Assembly: GCA_006226565.1 (NCBI GenBank)
Contig: SBGO01000356.1
Location: 748 to 64,747 of the forward strand
Source: Deltaproteobacteria bacterium
GTDB taxonomy: Bacteria > Myxococcota_A > UBA9042 > PHBI01
Reading direction: 5' to 3'
DNA: 64,000 nt
The notes under the pieces are model-generated. The model was not told the DNA's origin, did no database searches, and saw only the letters and a list, made by a program, of their open reading frames with translations. Made by a program: the position numbers and the translations under genes. This document shows, piece after piece, positions 45,031-55,700 of this stretch (its first letter is position 1; every line of letters begins with the position of its first letter).

Positions 45031-46689
45031 ATGGCCAGCCTCGCCCACATTGCCTCGTTGTGGCGCTACGCGCCCGGCAGCTATCGGCGGAGTCTTCCGG
45101 ATTCGCCGGCCGCGCGGGCGCGAGCGGCGGTGCAGGCCCCCTTGCTCGACACCCGCGCCGCCGTGGGCGCGGCCTGGTTCCCGGCCGTCTACGAGGGCGA
45201 CGAGAGCGGGCGACTTCCGGGCTTCCTGGTCAGGGTGCGCGCCGGGCTCGACCTGCCTGGGCAGACGGTGACGGAGCCAAGCTGGAGCAGCATCCTCGCT
45301 TGGGTCGCGGGGCTCGCAGGAGTCGGTCCCGAGACGTTCCCGTCCGGGTTGAGGCTGGTCCTCGACCCGCCACCGCCGACCCCCATCAGGGGGCCATCGC
45401 TCGAGCTCGCCGGTGCGGCCGCCGTCATCTCGCTCTTGACGGGGCGAATGCCCGCAGAGGCGCCGATTGCTTCGGCGAAGCTCAGTCCGGACGGGGGCGA
45501 CGCCATCGCCGCGATTCACAACGCGGAGCTCAAGCGCGAGATCATCCGACGAGAGGCGCCGTCGTGCGCTGCGCCCCTCGTGGCCGGGCGCGACGGACGT
45601 GCCGCCGCCTGGTTGGCCGGCCTCTTCGGCGCGGACTGGCGGGATGCGCTGATTCGAGCGTGCGAGCGGACCCCCGAGTCCCTCGTGCGCGAGGCCTGGC
45701 GGGCGCACAACGCTCGCAACCACGGGCCGGCGGTTCGGCTGGCGACGGCCGCGCTCGACACGACCCGCGGGGTGCATCGCGCGCTCGCGCTGTGGATCGT
45801 GGGCGCGGATGACCTCCATCGTGGTCAGGCCGGTCAGGGGCTGCAGCGACTCGTCGAGGCGCGCGAGCTCCTCGCGGTGCCCTCGGACGAGGAGGTCGCC
45901 GAGCATGACGTGCTCCTCGAGGAGCACCTCGCGGCGCACCTCGGAATCGGGCTCCTCGACAACCTCCGGATACGCTCGGCGATCGACGTTCTCGGGGCCG
46001 CCCTCGAGCGGCTGGCAGACTCGCAGGTCCGCCACGGACGGCGCTGGCGGAGCGTCGGGACGCAGGTCGCAGGCAGCCTGTGTCGCGCCCTCCGCGTTGC
46101 GGGTGAATTCGAGCGCGCCGCGACGACGCTCGAAGCGTGGAGCCTGGGCCGGGCCGCGCTTCCCGAGGAGCGCGCCCGGTCACTCCAGGGCCTGGCGGCC
46201 ATCCAGCTCGCGTCCGGGCGCCGCGAAAGGGCCGTCGAGACGCTCGAAGCTGCCCGGCGGGCGCTGCCGGACGCCATGCCGGACGAGCGGCTGTCGACCG
46301 CCGGCTACATTCGCCTCACCCGCATCCGGGCCGGCGTCGACGCGGTCGAGCCCTGCGAGGGCCTTCCGCCGGCGCCCGACTGGCGGCATCCGCTGAAGAC
46401 GCTCGAGACGCTCGAGCGGCTGGCCCGCTCCGACGCCGAGCTCGTCTCGCAGTGGTTCGAGCGCCACGTCGTCGCGTCACGGTCCGAGGTGACGCCGCCG
46501 GTCCTCATGCTCTTCCTCCGCCTGCTGGCAGCCCATGCCGGCGCTCCGGCCCTCGGCGCGACGACGCGTGAGCTCATCCGGGGCCTGCGAGCCGTGCCCG
46601 GCGGAGAGCTCGACGGCGCCCCGAACGACGCGCTCAGCGCGCTCGAGGGCGGAATCGGCGCTCCCTGGCTCGCCCTCTGTCCGTACTGA
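45031..46689 (+). CDS. Hypothetical protein (552 aa) with possible Lon-like GPS..AG serine-peptidase-type motif and helical repeat C-terminus
   Basis: Starts 2 nt after previous stop; motif IRGPSLELAGAAAVISLLTG. Confidence 0.55.
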   Translation: MASLAHIASLWRYAPGSYRRSLPDSPAARARAAVQAPLLDTRAAVGAAWFPAVYEGDESGRLPGFLVRVRAGLDLPGQTVTEPSWSSILAWVAGLAGVGPETFPSGLRLVLDPPPPTPIRGPSLELAGAAAVISLLTGRMPAEAPIASAKLSPDGGDAIAAIHNAELKREIIRREAPSCAAPLVAGRDGRAAAWLAGLFGADWRDALIRACERTPESLVREAWRAHNARNHGPAVRLATAALDTTRGVHRALALWIVGADDLHRGQAGQGLQRLVEARELLAVPSDEEVAEHDVLLEEHLAAHLGIGLLDNLRIRSAIDVLGAALERLADSQVRHGRRWRSVGTQVAGSLCRALRVAGEFERAATTLEAWSLGRAALPEERARSLQGLAAIQLASGRRERAVETLEAARRALPDAMPDERLSTAGYIRLTRIRAGVDAVEPCEGLPPAPDWRHPLKTLETLERLARSDAELVSQWFERHVVASRSEVTPPVLMLFLRLLAAHAGAPALGATTRELIRGLRAVPGGELDGAPNDALSALEGGIGAPWLALCPY

Positions 46690-46729
46690 TCGGGCACCCG
46701 CGTCTGCCTCCACAGCAAGGAGGCGTCAC

Positions 46730-46972
46730 GTGAAGTTCACCAAGCACGGCACCCGAGTCTCCCGCGCCCTGATCGACGTGATCGCGGCCGCGGTAGCTGA
46801 TGGCGCCACGCCCGAGGACCTCCGCGAAGCGGTGGCGATGGCGGTGGCCCTGGTCGTTCGCGACGAGGACGAGCTCGACCGCGTCATGATGATGGTCGAC
46901 GAGCTCCGCACGCTTCACCTGGCCCTCCGAACGGGCGGCTTCCCGGTCTGGGTCAGACGCGGCGAGGCGTAG
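46730..46972 (+). CDS. Small hypothetical protein (80 aa)
   Basis: GTG with AAGGAGG 6 nt upstream. Confidence 0.5.
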   Translation: MKFTKHGTRVSRALIDVIAAAVADGATPEDLREAVAMAVALVVRDEDELDRVMMMVDELRTLHLALRTGGFPVWVRRGEA

Positions 46973-47143
46973 GGCGGAGCGCGGCGCCGCCGTTGTGGGC
47001 GTCCGCGCGTACCTATGTCAGAGCAATTGCAGCATTCGGGGTGTAGGATGGGCTCCCGCCTCTCCTGAGGGGGCACCGGATTCGCGGGTAGTCTGGTGGG
47101 GTTCTTCGTGGTTGCGCTGCACAGCGCGTAGAGGTTCGAGCTC

Positions 47144-50044
47144 ATGGTTCGCCGCCACCCCGGGTCCGTACTTCCCTGTTCGCTCCTCTTCTGGATGGCT
47201 GTCGTCACTTCGGCCGGCGCTTTGCTCGGCGCGTGCGGCGCAGACACCGCGGCCGTGAACGACGTGAGCTGGAGCGACGACGTCGTGCCCGACACCGGCG
47301 TGTGCGCGACGTGCGACGCCGTCGACGCCGGGGATGCCGGCGCCGATGCCGACGCCCCCGTGGTCGGGGACGACGCCGACGTGCCCGTACAGACCGCCGA
47401 CACCGCGGTCGCGGAGGACGCTGGCGAGACGGACGCGACCGCGAGCGGTGACGACGCCGACGTCGCGATGGACGCTGGCGAGGCGGACACGACCCTCGAG
47501 GACACGGACAGCGACAGCCTCGACGCCGACGCCGGCCTCCCGGAGGACGCCGATGCGCTGCCCGAGGACACGAGCCCCGCCGACACCACGACGGGCCCCG
47601 CCGACACCACGACGAGTCCCGCCGACACCACGACGGCCGACACCACGCAAGACACGACGCCGGCCTGTCAGGACGAGTGCGCCGTCGACGCGACCGAGTG
47701 CGTCGACGGTCAGCTCCGCACCTGTGGCGACTTCGACGGCGACCCCTGCCGGGAGTGGTCCCCCCTCGCGGCCTGCCCAACCGGCCTCGTCTGCGACCCC
47801 GACACCGACACCTGCCGTGAGCCCTGCGGCGACTTCTGCGATCCGTTCTCCGTCATCCTGCTCCCCGACACGCAGAACTACACGAATCTCCAGCCGAACA
47901 ACGCGAGCAACACCTACCGGAAGCAGACGAAGTGGGTCGTCGACCACCGCGACTCCCACGCCATCCAGTTCGTCATCCACCTCGGCGACATCACCAACAA
48001 CAACACCCCCGAGCAGTGGGAGGTCGCCGACGCCGCCCACGCCCTCCTCGACGCCGCCGGCGTCCCCTACAGCGTCACGACCGGCAACCACGACTACGAC
48101 CGCGGCGACGGGCTCGACCGCGGCAGCAGCCTCTTCAACGACTACTTCGGCCCGAGCCGCTTCGCCGGCCGCCCCTGGTACGGCGGCTCGATCGGCTCGA
48201 GCAACGTCAACAACTACGCGTTCTTCGAGGTCGGCCCCATGAAGTTCATGGTCCTGAGCATCGAGTACGCGCCCCGCAAGCAGACCCTCTGCTGGGCCGA
48301 GGAGATGATCGCCGCCCACCCCGACCACCGCGTCATCATCGCCACCCACTGCTACATCGGCCGCAGCGGCGCCTACATCACCAGCTGCCCCACCGACGAC
48401 TACAACACCGTCGGCGCCGACGGCGCGACCATCTGGGAGGAGCTCGCCTCCCGCCACAGCAACGTCTTCCTCGTCGTCGCCGGCCACACCGGCGCCTCCA
48501 AGCACAAGACCACGACCGGCAACACCGGCAACACCGTCCACGAGCTCGTCGTCGACTACCAGTTCGAGGGGCCGTGCGCCGCCTCGACCGCCGCCGCCTG
48601 CACCAACAACTGCCGCGCCGGCGGCCACACCGGCAACGGCTGGATGCGCGAGCTCGTCTTCGACCCGCGCACCAACCGCGTCGCCGGCCACACCTTCACC
48701 GTCGAGGACGGCAACACCAGCCTCTTCCCCGGCGGACACCCGACCTTCTTCTGTAGCCCCCTCTTCGCCCCCCCCGACCCCGACGCCTCCGGCGGGAACT
48801 ACTACCCCTCCGACCCCACCGCCTCCGCCCACGAGTTCAGCTTCGCCTACGACATGGCCGCCGCGCCCCAGGGCCTCTCCGACGACCTCGGCGACCACGC
48901 CTTCCTCGACCAGGTCATCAACGGCGTCGGCGCCGGCAACCAGCTCCGCCCCCGCGTCGCCATGGACGGCACCGGCCGCTTCGTCGCCGTCTGGGAGGAC
49001 GACTCCTCCTCCGCCGACGGCGCCGGGAACCACGACATCCGCGCCCGCGGCTTCGCGCCCGGAGGGTGCGTCGACGACCCCGACTTCACCGTCAACCCCG
49101 ACACCGACGGGCAGCAGCAGACGCCGTCCGTCGCCATGGACGCCGCCGGCAACTACGTCGTCACCTGGGCCGACGACAAGGACGGCAACGGCGCCTTCCA
49201 GATCTACGCCCGCGGCTTCTACGACGACGGCACCCAGCGGTTCCCGCGCTTCACCGTCAACAGCGCCGCGACCGGTCAGCAGCTCCACCCCGTCGTCGGG
49301 ATGGCCCCGGACGGCCGCTTCGTCGTCGCCTGGGAGGACGACCCGGAGCGAGACGGCACCTACCAGGTGCTCATGCGCGGCTTCAACGCCGACGGCACCG
49401 AGCGCTTCTCGGACCGGAACGCGCGCAGCACCACCGACGGGGACGCGCGGCGCCCCGCCGTCGCCCTCGACGACGCCGGCAACTTCGTCGTCGCGTGGGA
49501 GGACGACACGGACGGCAACGGGGGCTACCAGATCCACGCCCGCGGGTTCTCGGCCAACGGCGCCCAGCGCTTCGCGCGGCTCACCGTCAACAGCGTTGCC
49601 AAGGGGCAGCAGCGCGAGCCGACCCTCGGCCTGGCCGGCAACGGCGACTTCGTCGTCGCCTGGGAGGACGACCCCGAGAGCGACGGCCACAGCGTCATCC
49701 TGGCCCGCGCCTTCCACGCCAACGGGAGCGAGAAGGTCGCCGACTTCACCGTCTCCGCCGCCACCGGCGTCCAGGTCGACCCGGAGGTCTCCGTCGCGCC
49801 GAGCGGCGCCTTCGTCCTGACCTGGGCGGCCGACTTCGACGACAACGGCGTCTTCCAGATCCACGCCCGGGGCTACGCCGCGTCCGGCGCCCAGCTGCTC
49901 CCGCGGTGGACCGTGAACCGCGACGCCTCCGGCGCACAGGACCGACCGCACGTCGCGCTCAACGACGACGGGACGATGGTCTTCGTCTGGGAGGACGACA
50001 TCGACGGCAACGGCTACACCCAGATCCTCGGGCGCGGCCTATAG
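47144..50044 (+). CDS. Lipoprotein calcineurin-like metallophosphoesterase (GDITNN...GNHDYD) with acidic low-complexity linker and seven C-terminal ~55-aa tandem repeats
   Basis: Signal/lipobox LLGACG; metallophosphoesterase motifs; repeats (VAWEDD...G.YQI.ARGF...G..RF..NS...G.Q..P). Confidence 0.85.
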   Translation: MVRRHPGSVLPCSLLFWMAVVTSAGALLGACGADTAAVNDVSWSDDVVPDTGVCATCDAVDAGDAGADADAPVVGDDADVPVQTADTAVAEDAGETDATASGDDADVAMDAGEADTTLEDTDSDSLDADAGLPEDADALPEDTSPADTTTGPADTTTSPADTTTADTTQDTTPACQDECAVDATECVDGQLRTCGDFDGDPCREWSPLAACPTGLVCDPDTDTCREPCGDFCDPFSVILLPDTQNYTNLQPNNASNTYRKQTKWVVDHRDSHAIQFVIHLGDITNNNTPEQWEVADAAHALLDAAGVPYSVTTGNHDYDRGDGLDRGSSLFNDYFGPSRFAGRPWYGGSIGSSNVNNYAFFEVGPMKFMVLSIEYAPRKQTLCWAEEMIAAHPDHRVIIATHCYIGRSGAYITSCPTDDYNTVGADGATIWEELASRHSNVFLVVAGHTGASKHKTTTGNTGNTVHELVVDYQFEGPCAASTAAACTNNCRAGGHTGNGWMRELVFDPRTNRVAGHTFTVEDGNTSLFPGGHPTFFCSPLFAPPDPDASGGNYYPSDPTASAHEFSFAYDMAAAPQGLSDDLGDHAFLDQVINGVGAGNQLRPRVAMDGTGRFVAVWEDDSSSADGAGNHDIRARGFAPGGCVDDPDFTVNPDTDGQQQTPSVAMDAAGNYVVTWADDKDGNGAFQIYARGFYDDGTQRFPRFTVNSAATGQQLHPVVGMAPDGRFVVAWEDDPERDGTYQVLMRGFNADGTERFSDRNARSTTDGDARRPAVALDDAGNFVVAWEDDTDGNGGYQIHARGFSANGAQRFARLTVNSVAKGQQREPTLGLAGNGDFVVAWEDDPESDGHSVILARAFHANGSEKVADFTVSAATGVQVDPEVSVAPSGAFVLTWAADFDDNGVFQIHARGYAASGAQLLPRWTVNRDASGAQDRPHVALNDDGTMVFVWEDDIDGNGYTQILGRGL

Positions 50045-50068
50045 CCACGGCTCCGGTCGACGGCCGGC

Positions 50069-51352
50069 CTACCAGGACGAGCTGGCCCCGCCGCCGCCCG
50101 AGGAGCCGCCGCCGCCGGACCACGAGCTCGAGCTCGAGCTGCTGCTCGACCAGGACGAGGACGACGACGACGAGTACGAGCTCGACGAGGAGCGGTAGCT
50201 CGACCCCGACGAGCTCCCGCCGCTGCTCGGCGCGCCGGCGCCCGCCACCAGGCCGGCCCAGAAGCCGGTGGTCGCGAGCGCCACGAGCGCATAGCCGTAG
50301 ACCTCCTCGGGGAGGGTGATGAGGTTGCCCGTGGCGTGGGCGACGGCCGGGTCCGGCGCGCCCGCGCCCTGGAACAACGCGTAGACCAGCGCGCCGACCC
50401 CGGCGGCCGAGGGGATGAGCCAGAACCAGCGCCCGATGGGCATGTGCTGCCACAGGGCGACGCCGATGAGGCCGATCAGGACCCAGCACATCCACGCGAC
50501 GAACCACGCGAACGGCGCCCCCATCCCGGGGTGGGCGAGGATCATCACCAGCACCGGCGCGACCACGAAGAGCGCCAGGGTCTCGAAGATGGTGCGGAGG
50601 CGCTGGGCGCTCGCGCGGACCGCCGCTTCTTCGACCCCGGGCAGGTCGGGTACGACCGCCGCGAACCCCTTCTTCTTCTTCTTCTTCTTCTGCTGCTTCG
50701 CCTGCCGCTTGGCGTGGGCGGCGCGGCGGGAGGCGGCGTCGAGGCGCGCCAACCACGTCGCGCCGCCGGCCAGGGCGACGAGCATCATCCCCAGGTAGAA
50801 CCACGGGCTCCGCGAGAGCGGCGCCCCGATGGGGGCGGCCGGGGTGATGTCGTCGGTCGCCGCCCAGACGGCGTCGATGAGCTGGATCGAGGCGTCGGCG
50901 TAGCGCGCCTCGCGCAGCAGCGGCCGCAGGTCGACGAGCATGTCGAGCGCCATGCCGTCGGAGATGTGGCCTTCGAGCCCGTAGCCCACCTCGAGGCGGT
51001 TGGCGCGGTCGTCGATGGCGAGGACGAAGAGCGCGCCGTCGTTGCGCTCCTTCGAGCCGCCGCCCCAGGCGCGGAAGACGCGGTTGGTCCAGTCGTCGAT
51101 GGGGGCGTCGGTGGAGTCGACGATCACGACCGCGAGCTGCACGCCGGTGGCCTCGCGGTAGGCGACCAGGCGGGCGGCGACGCGCTCCTCCTCGGCGGGG
51201 GTGAGGACGCCCGCGAGATCGGTCACCGGCGTCGTGATGGTGACGTTGTGAACGGCGTGGGCGCCAGGCGTCGCGGCGAGCCAGGCGACGCCGAAGACGA
51301 GCAGCGCCACGACCGGATGGGCGAGGGCGCGTCGGGTGCGGGGCGCGGTCAC
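50069..51352 (-). CDS. TPM-domain (TLP18.3/Psb32/MOLO-1) membrane protein with poly-Lys segment and Ser/Gly-rich C-terminal tail
   Basis: TPM motif VTDLAGVLTPAEEERVAARL...; GTG start with GAGGGAGG RBS; TM segments. Confidence 0.75.
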   Translation of the reverse strand: MTAPRTRRALAHPVVALLVFGVAWLAATPGAHAVHNVTITTPVTDLAGVLTPAEEERVAARLVAYREATGVQLAVVIVDSTDAPIDDWTNRVFRAWGGGSKERNDGALFVLAIDDRANRLEVGYGLEGHISDGMALDMLVDLRPLLREARYADASIQLIDAVWAATDDITPAAPIGAPLSRSPWFYLGMMLVALAGGATWLARLDAASRRAAHAKRQAKQQKKKKKKKGFAAVVPDLPGVEEAAVRASAQRLRTIFETLALFVVAPVLVMILAHPGMGAPFAWFVAWMCWVLIGLIGVALWQHMPIGRWFWLIPSAAGVGALVYALFQGAGAPDPAVAHATGNLITLPEEVYGYALVALATTGFWAGLVAGAGAPSSGGSSSGSSYRSSSSSYSSSSSSSWSSSSSSSSSWSGGGGSSGGGGASSSW

Positions 51353-51936
51353 CAGCCACCTCCCTCGTTCGAGAGCGGCACCTGCGGCGGCAGGCCGCGG
51401 AGCGTCGCCCAGAGCGCGCCCGGGAAGCCGTCGACGCGCTGGTTGTAGGCGGTGGCCGCGGCGTCGTAGTCGCGGCGCGCGATGCGCACGCGGTTCTCGG
51501 CGCCGGCGAGCTCGGCGGCGGCCTGCTCGCCGGCGGCGGCGTCGAAGGTCGCTCGGGTCGCGCGCTGGCGGTCCATCACGTTGACGACCTGGGCGCGCTG
51601 CTGCAGGACGGCGTGGTGGGCGTCGGCGACGGCGCCGCAGTCGACGAAGGCGAAGAGGCCGACGAGGGCGACCGCGGTGAGCGTGCCCCAGGTCCACAGC
51701 TGGCGTCGGCGACGGCGGGCGGCGCCGGCGGCGAGGGCCGCCGTGCGCCGGCGGCGGAGCTCGGCGATCGCCGGGCCGACGTATTGCTCGGGGATGTCGA
51801 GGTCGCGCGCGACCTCGTGGAGCTCCTCCACGCTGAGGCGCTCGGAGTCGACGGCCTGCAGCTCGGCGGCGACGCCGATGATGTCGTCGACGTCCTCGTA
51901 GTCGATGTCGCGCCTCGGGCGCAGCGCGGGGCTCAT
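51349..51936 (-). CDS. lemA: LemA-family protein
   Basis: LemA motifs ...AQVVNVMDRQRATRATFDA...NQRV..FP; operon with TPM genes. Confidence 0.8.
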   Translation of the reverse strand: MSPALRPRRDIDYEDVDDIIGVAAELQAVDSERLSVEELHEVARDLDIPEQYVGPAIAELRRRRTAALAAGAARRRRRQLWTWGTLTAVALVGLFAFVDCGAVADAHHAVLQQRAQVVNVMDRQRATRATFDAAAGEQAAAELAGAENRVRIARRDYDAAATAYNQRVDGFPGALWATLRGLPPQVPLSNEGGGW

Positions 51937-52397
51937 CGGTGATCTCCGGAGGGCGGCGCGCCTTGGGTCACGCGGTTGGGGAGCTCGTCGCCGTGGACGT
52001 CCTCGCCCGGGGCCGCCTCACAGAGCAGCGCGCCGACCTCGGTCAGCGCCTCCTCGAGGCCGGCGGCCGGGTCGCCGCCCGCGAACCCGCGCGCCACGGC
52101 GTCGGTCACGCCCTTCCAGAAGCCGGGCGCGCCGGCCCCGTGCACCCCGGGGCCGGCGAAGACGGCCGCCTTGCGGTCCTCGAGCGCGACGTACAGGAGG
52201 ACGCCCGTGCCCTCCGCGGTGCGCTCGAGCCCGAGGGCGGTGAAGAGCTCGGCCGCGCGGGCGAGCGGCCCGTCGCCCGGGTAGCGCTCCTCGACGTGGA
52301 CGGCGATTTCACCGCGGTGCCCGCGCTCGGCCGCGCCGATGGCCGCGACGACCCGGCGCTCCACGGCGCGGCTCAACAGTCGACGGGATTGCCACAT
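51933..52397 (-). CDS. TPM-domain-like small protein
   Basis: Typical third member of LemA/TPM clusters; ATGA overlap. Confidence 0.55.
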   Translation of the reverse strand: MWQSRRLLSRAVERRVVAAIGAAERGHRGEIAVHVEERYPGDGPLARAAELFTALGLERTAEGTGVLLYVALEDRKAAVFAGPGVHGAGAPGFWKGVTDAVARGFAGGDPAAGLEEALTEVGALLCEAAPGEDVHGDELPNRVTQGAPPSGDHR

Positions 52398-52719
52398 GGC
52401 GCGACGATCTCACGTTCGTCCGCGCCCAACAACCCGCCCCACTGCGGCGCGGTGTCACGGCGGTCCAGGGCTCGCGGGAGGTCCGCGTCGCGCCCTGTCC
52501 GCGGTGCGTGCTCGTCCCGGCAGCGCGATCCATGGTGCGCCGCATTGCGCAAAAGGTCGTTTTCTCATGGCTTATTGTCGGGCACGGGCGCGCCGGCGTG
52601 TTGCGCATGCGGCATGGGCGCTGCTAGTCTTCAGGCGCGGGCACACAGCTGAACTCTCTCCTTGCCATGTCGACCTGGAGCGGCGACGGCCGGTACCGCG
52701 TCATGGCCGGGAGCTGCCC

Positions 52720-55700
52720 ATGAAGCCAGCGCACGTCACCGTCGTCACGAGCCTCTTGCTCGTCGCCGCGGTGAACGGGCCGGCCCACGCCGCGAACGAC
52801 GCGCTGTGCGGGGCGACCCTCACCGAGAGCCTCACGCTCACCGCGGACATCGACTGCACCGGCTACACCGGGACGGCCCTCACCATCGGGGCGGACGGGG
52901 TCGTCATCGACGGCAACGGCCACCGCCTGCTCGCCCCGGACGCCGCCTACGCCATCTTCTCCAGCGCCTTCGACGACCTGACCGTCCGCAACCTCGACGT
53001 GGCCGGCTGGTGCGGCGGCGTAGGCGTCTACTTCGTCAACGGCACCGGGCTGACCCTCGAGAACGTCCACGCCGATGGCCGCACGACCGGCTTCTCCATC
53101 AGCGGCGCCACGGACGTCACCCTGCGCCACCTCACGGCCGACAGCGCGAAGACCTACGGGCTCGCGCTGACGAGCGTCACCCTCCCGCTGCAGATCGAGG
53201 ACGTCCGCCTCACGAACGCCGGGACCGGGCTCTATCTCGCCACGATCACCGGCCCCCTCACCCTCGACGCGATCGCCTTCCCCGACCTCCGGGGCGACGA
53301 CACCAGCATCAACCTCGCCGCCAACGTCCACGACGTCACCTTCGACGGGCTCGTCCTCGACGGGGCGGCCTACGGCGTCACGGCCAGCTCCGTCACCAAC
53401 AGCGGCCTCGTCTTCCGGGACGTCGACGTCTCCGGCACCAGCGGCGCCGGCTACGGGCTCTACCTCGGCGGCAGCCAGCAACGCCTCGAGCGCGTCACCG
53501 CCGACCGGCGCGCCTACGGGGTCTACACCACCGGGGTCAGCGACCTCGCGCTCGACGACGTCCGGGCGGCCGGCGCCACCAACGACGGCATCTACCTCGC
53601 GAACACGGTCGCCCCGCTCACGCTCCGCAAGATCTCGGTCCCGAACTGCGACTACGGGCTCTACATCAGCGGCTACGAAGCGCCGATCGGCTCCCCGCTC
53701 GTCATCGACAGCTACGTGCCGGCGACCGAACTCGGCGTCCTCGCCGATACCTCCGGCTGTGACGCGCCGCTCCTCCTCATCAACGTGCAGCACGCCTCGG
53801 TCGGCGACCCTCCGACCGCCCCGCCGCTCCGCCTCGACGGCGCCACGTACGGCATCCACGCCTACAGCACGACCAACGCGGACCTCACCTTCCGCCACCT
53901 CGACCTGAGCGGCCGGGACGGCACCGGCACCGGCCTCTACCTCGCCGGCAGCCAGCTCACCGTCGAGGACGTCGCCACCGACCGGCGCAGCATCGGCTAC
54001 GACATCCGCCTGGCGGCCGACGTCACCCTGCGCGACGTCCGCGCCGACAACTGCGCCACCACCGGGCTGTCGCTCACCACCATCACCCCGCCGCTCGTCC
54101 TCGAGCAGCTCGCGCTCGCGAACAACTCCCGCGGCCTCCTCATCAACGGCCTCGCCTCACCGGTCGGCGCCCCGCTGGACCTCGGTCCGTGGGTCGACGG
54201 CGTCGGCGGGGCGATCGCGGCCATCGGCGGTGCCGACGTCTCGGTCGCGCTCAGCAACGTCCAGAACGTGCTGGTCCACGACCTCGTCCTCGACGGCCGC
54301 AGCAACGGCCTCGACGCCTACGTCGCGTCGAACACCGGGATCCGCGTCGTCGATGTCGACGTCTCCGGGTACCACGCGGGCCGGGGCGTGATTCTGGCGG
54401 GCTCGGGGCACGAGCTCACGCGCGTGACCGCCGACAACCGCGCCAACGGCATCTACCTCGTCACGGCCAGCGACGTCGCCATCACCGACCTCACCGCGCG
54501 CCGCTGCGCCGAGGCGCTGAAGTTCCTCGCCTACACCACCGCCCAGACGCCGCCGACCCTGTCGGGGCTGACCCTCACCGACAACTCCACGGCGCTCACC
54601 TACGACACCGTCAACGCCCCGTGGACCCTCGACGGCGCCGCCGCCGGGCTGAACGTGAGCGGGTCCCGGACCGGCCTGGCGATCACGAAGTCGAGTCAGC
54701 TCACCTTTCAGAACGCGAGCTTCCCCGCCGAGGGTGTCACCGGCATCAGCGTGGGCGCCACCAACTCGGCGCTCACCTTCGACACCGTCGACGTCAGCGG
54801 CCACGGCGCCGGCAGCGGCATGCTCATCGCGAGCGGCGCGGACTTCACGCTGACCGACGTGACCGCCAACCACCGCTCCATCGGCGTCCGCGCCACCGGC
54901 ACGAGCAACCTCGTCGTCACCAACCTCGTCGCTCGCCACAACGCGAGCTACGGGCTGCTCCTCGAGCAGTCGAGCGCGGCTTCGGGCCACATCGCCCCGA
55001 CCCTGTCCGGCCTCGATCTCCGCGACAATGACGTCGCCCTCTACCTCGGCGGGTGGTCGCTCCCGATCACCCTCGACGGCGCGACCAGCCTCGGCCTCGA
55101 CACCACCGGAAGCGCCACCGGCGTCGCCCTCGCCGGCGCCTCCGACGTGACCCTCGCCCACCTCACCCTCGACAACGTCGCCTTCGGGGTCGACGTGCGC
55201 ACCAGGAGCGACCGCCTCACGATCGCCCACGTCGACGTCTCGGCGCACGGCCGCGGCACCGGCCTCCGGCTCGGCGTCAGCACCAGCGGCACGAGCCGCG
55301 CCGGCGTCGATCTGGTCCTCACGGACGTGACCGCCAACCGCCGCCTCACCGGCGTCGCGACCATCGGCGCCGACAACCTCCTCATCGACGGCCTCACCGC
55401 GACCGGCAACAAGACGGCGGGGCTGTCCATCACCGACAGCACCGCGGACGCCGGGCTCGTGCTCCGCGATCTCACCCTCTCCGACAACGGCACCGGCCTG
55501 AGCCTCACCACCGTCAGCGGCACCGCCGTCAACCCGGTCGTCATCGATCCCTTCGACGGCACGAGCGGCGCCATCACCGACCTCTCCGGTTGCGACACCG
55601 GGATCTACGTCGTCGGGTCGAGCGGGCTGACCTTCACCGGCCTCGCGATCGACGGCGTCGACTACGGCATCAACGCCGCCGGCGGGGCCACCGACCTGAC

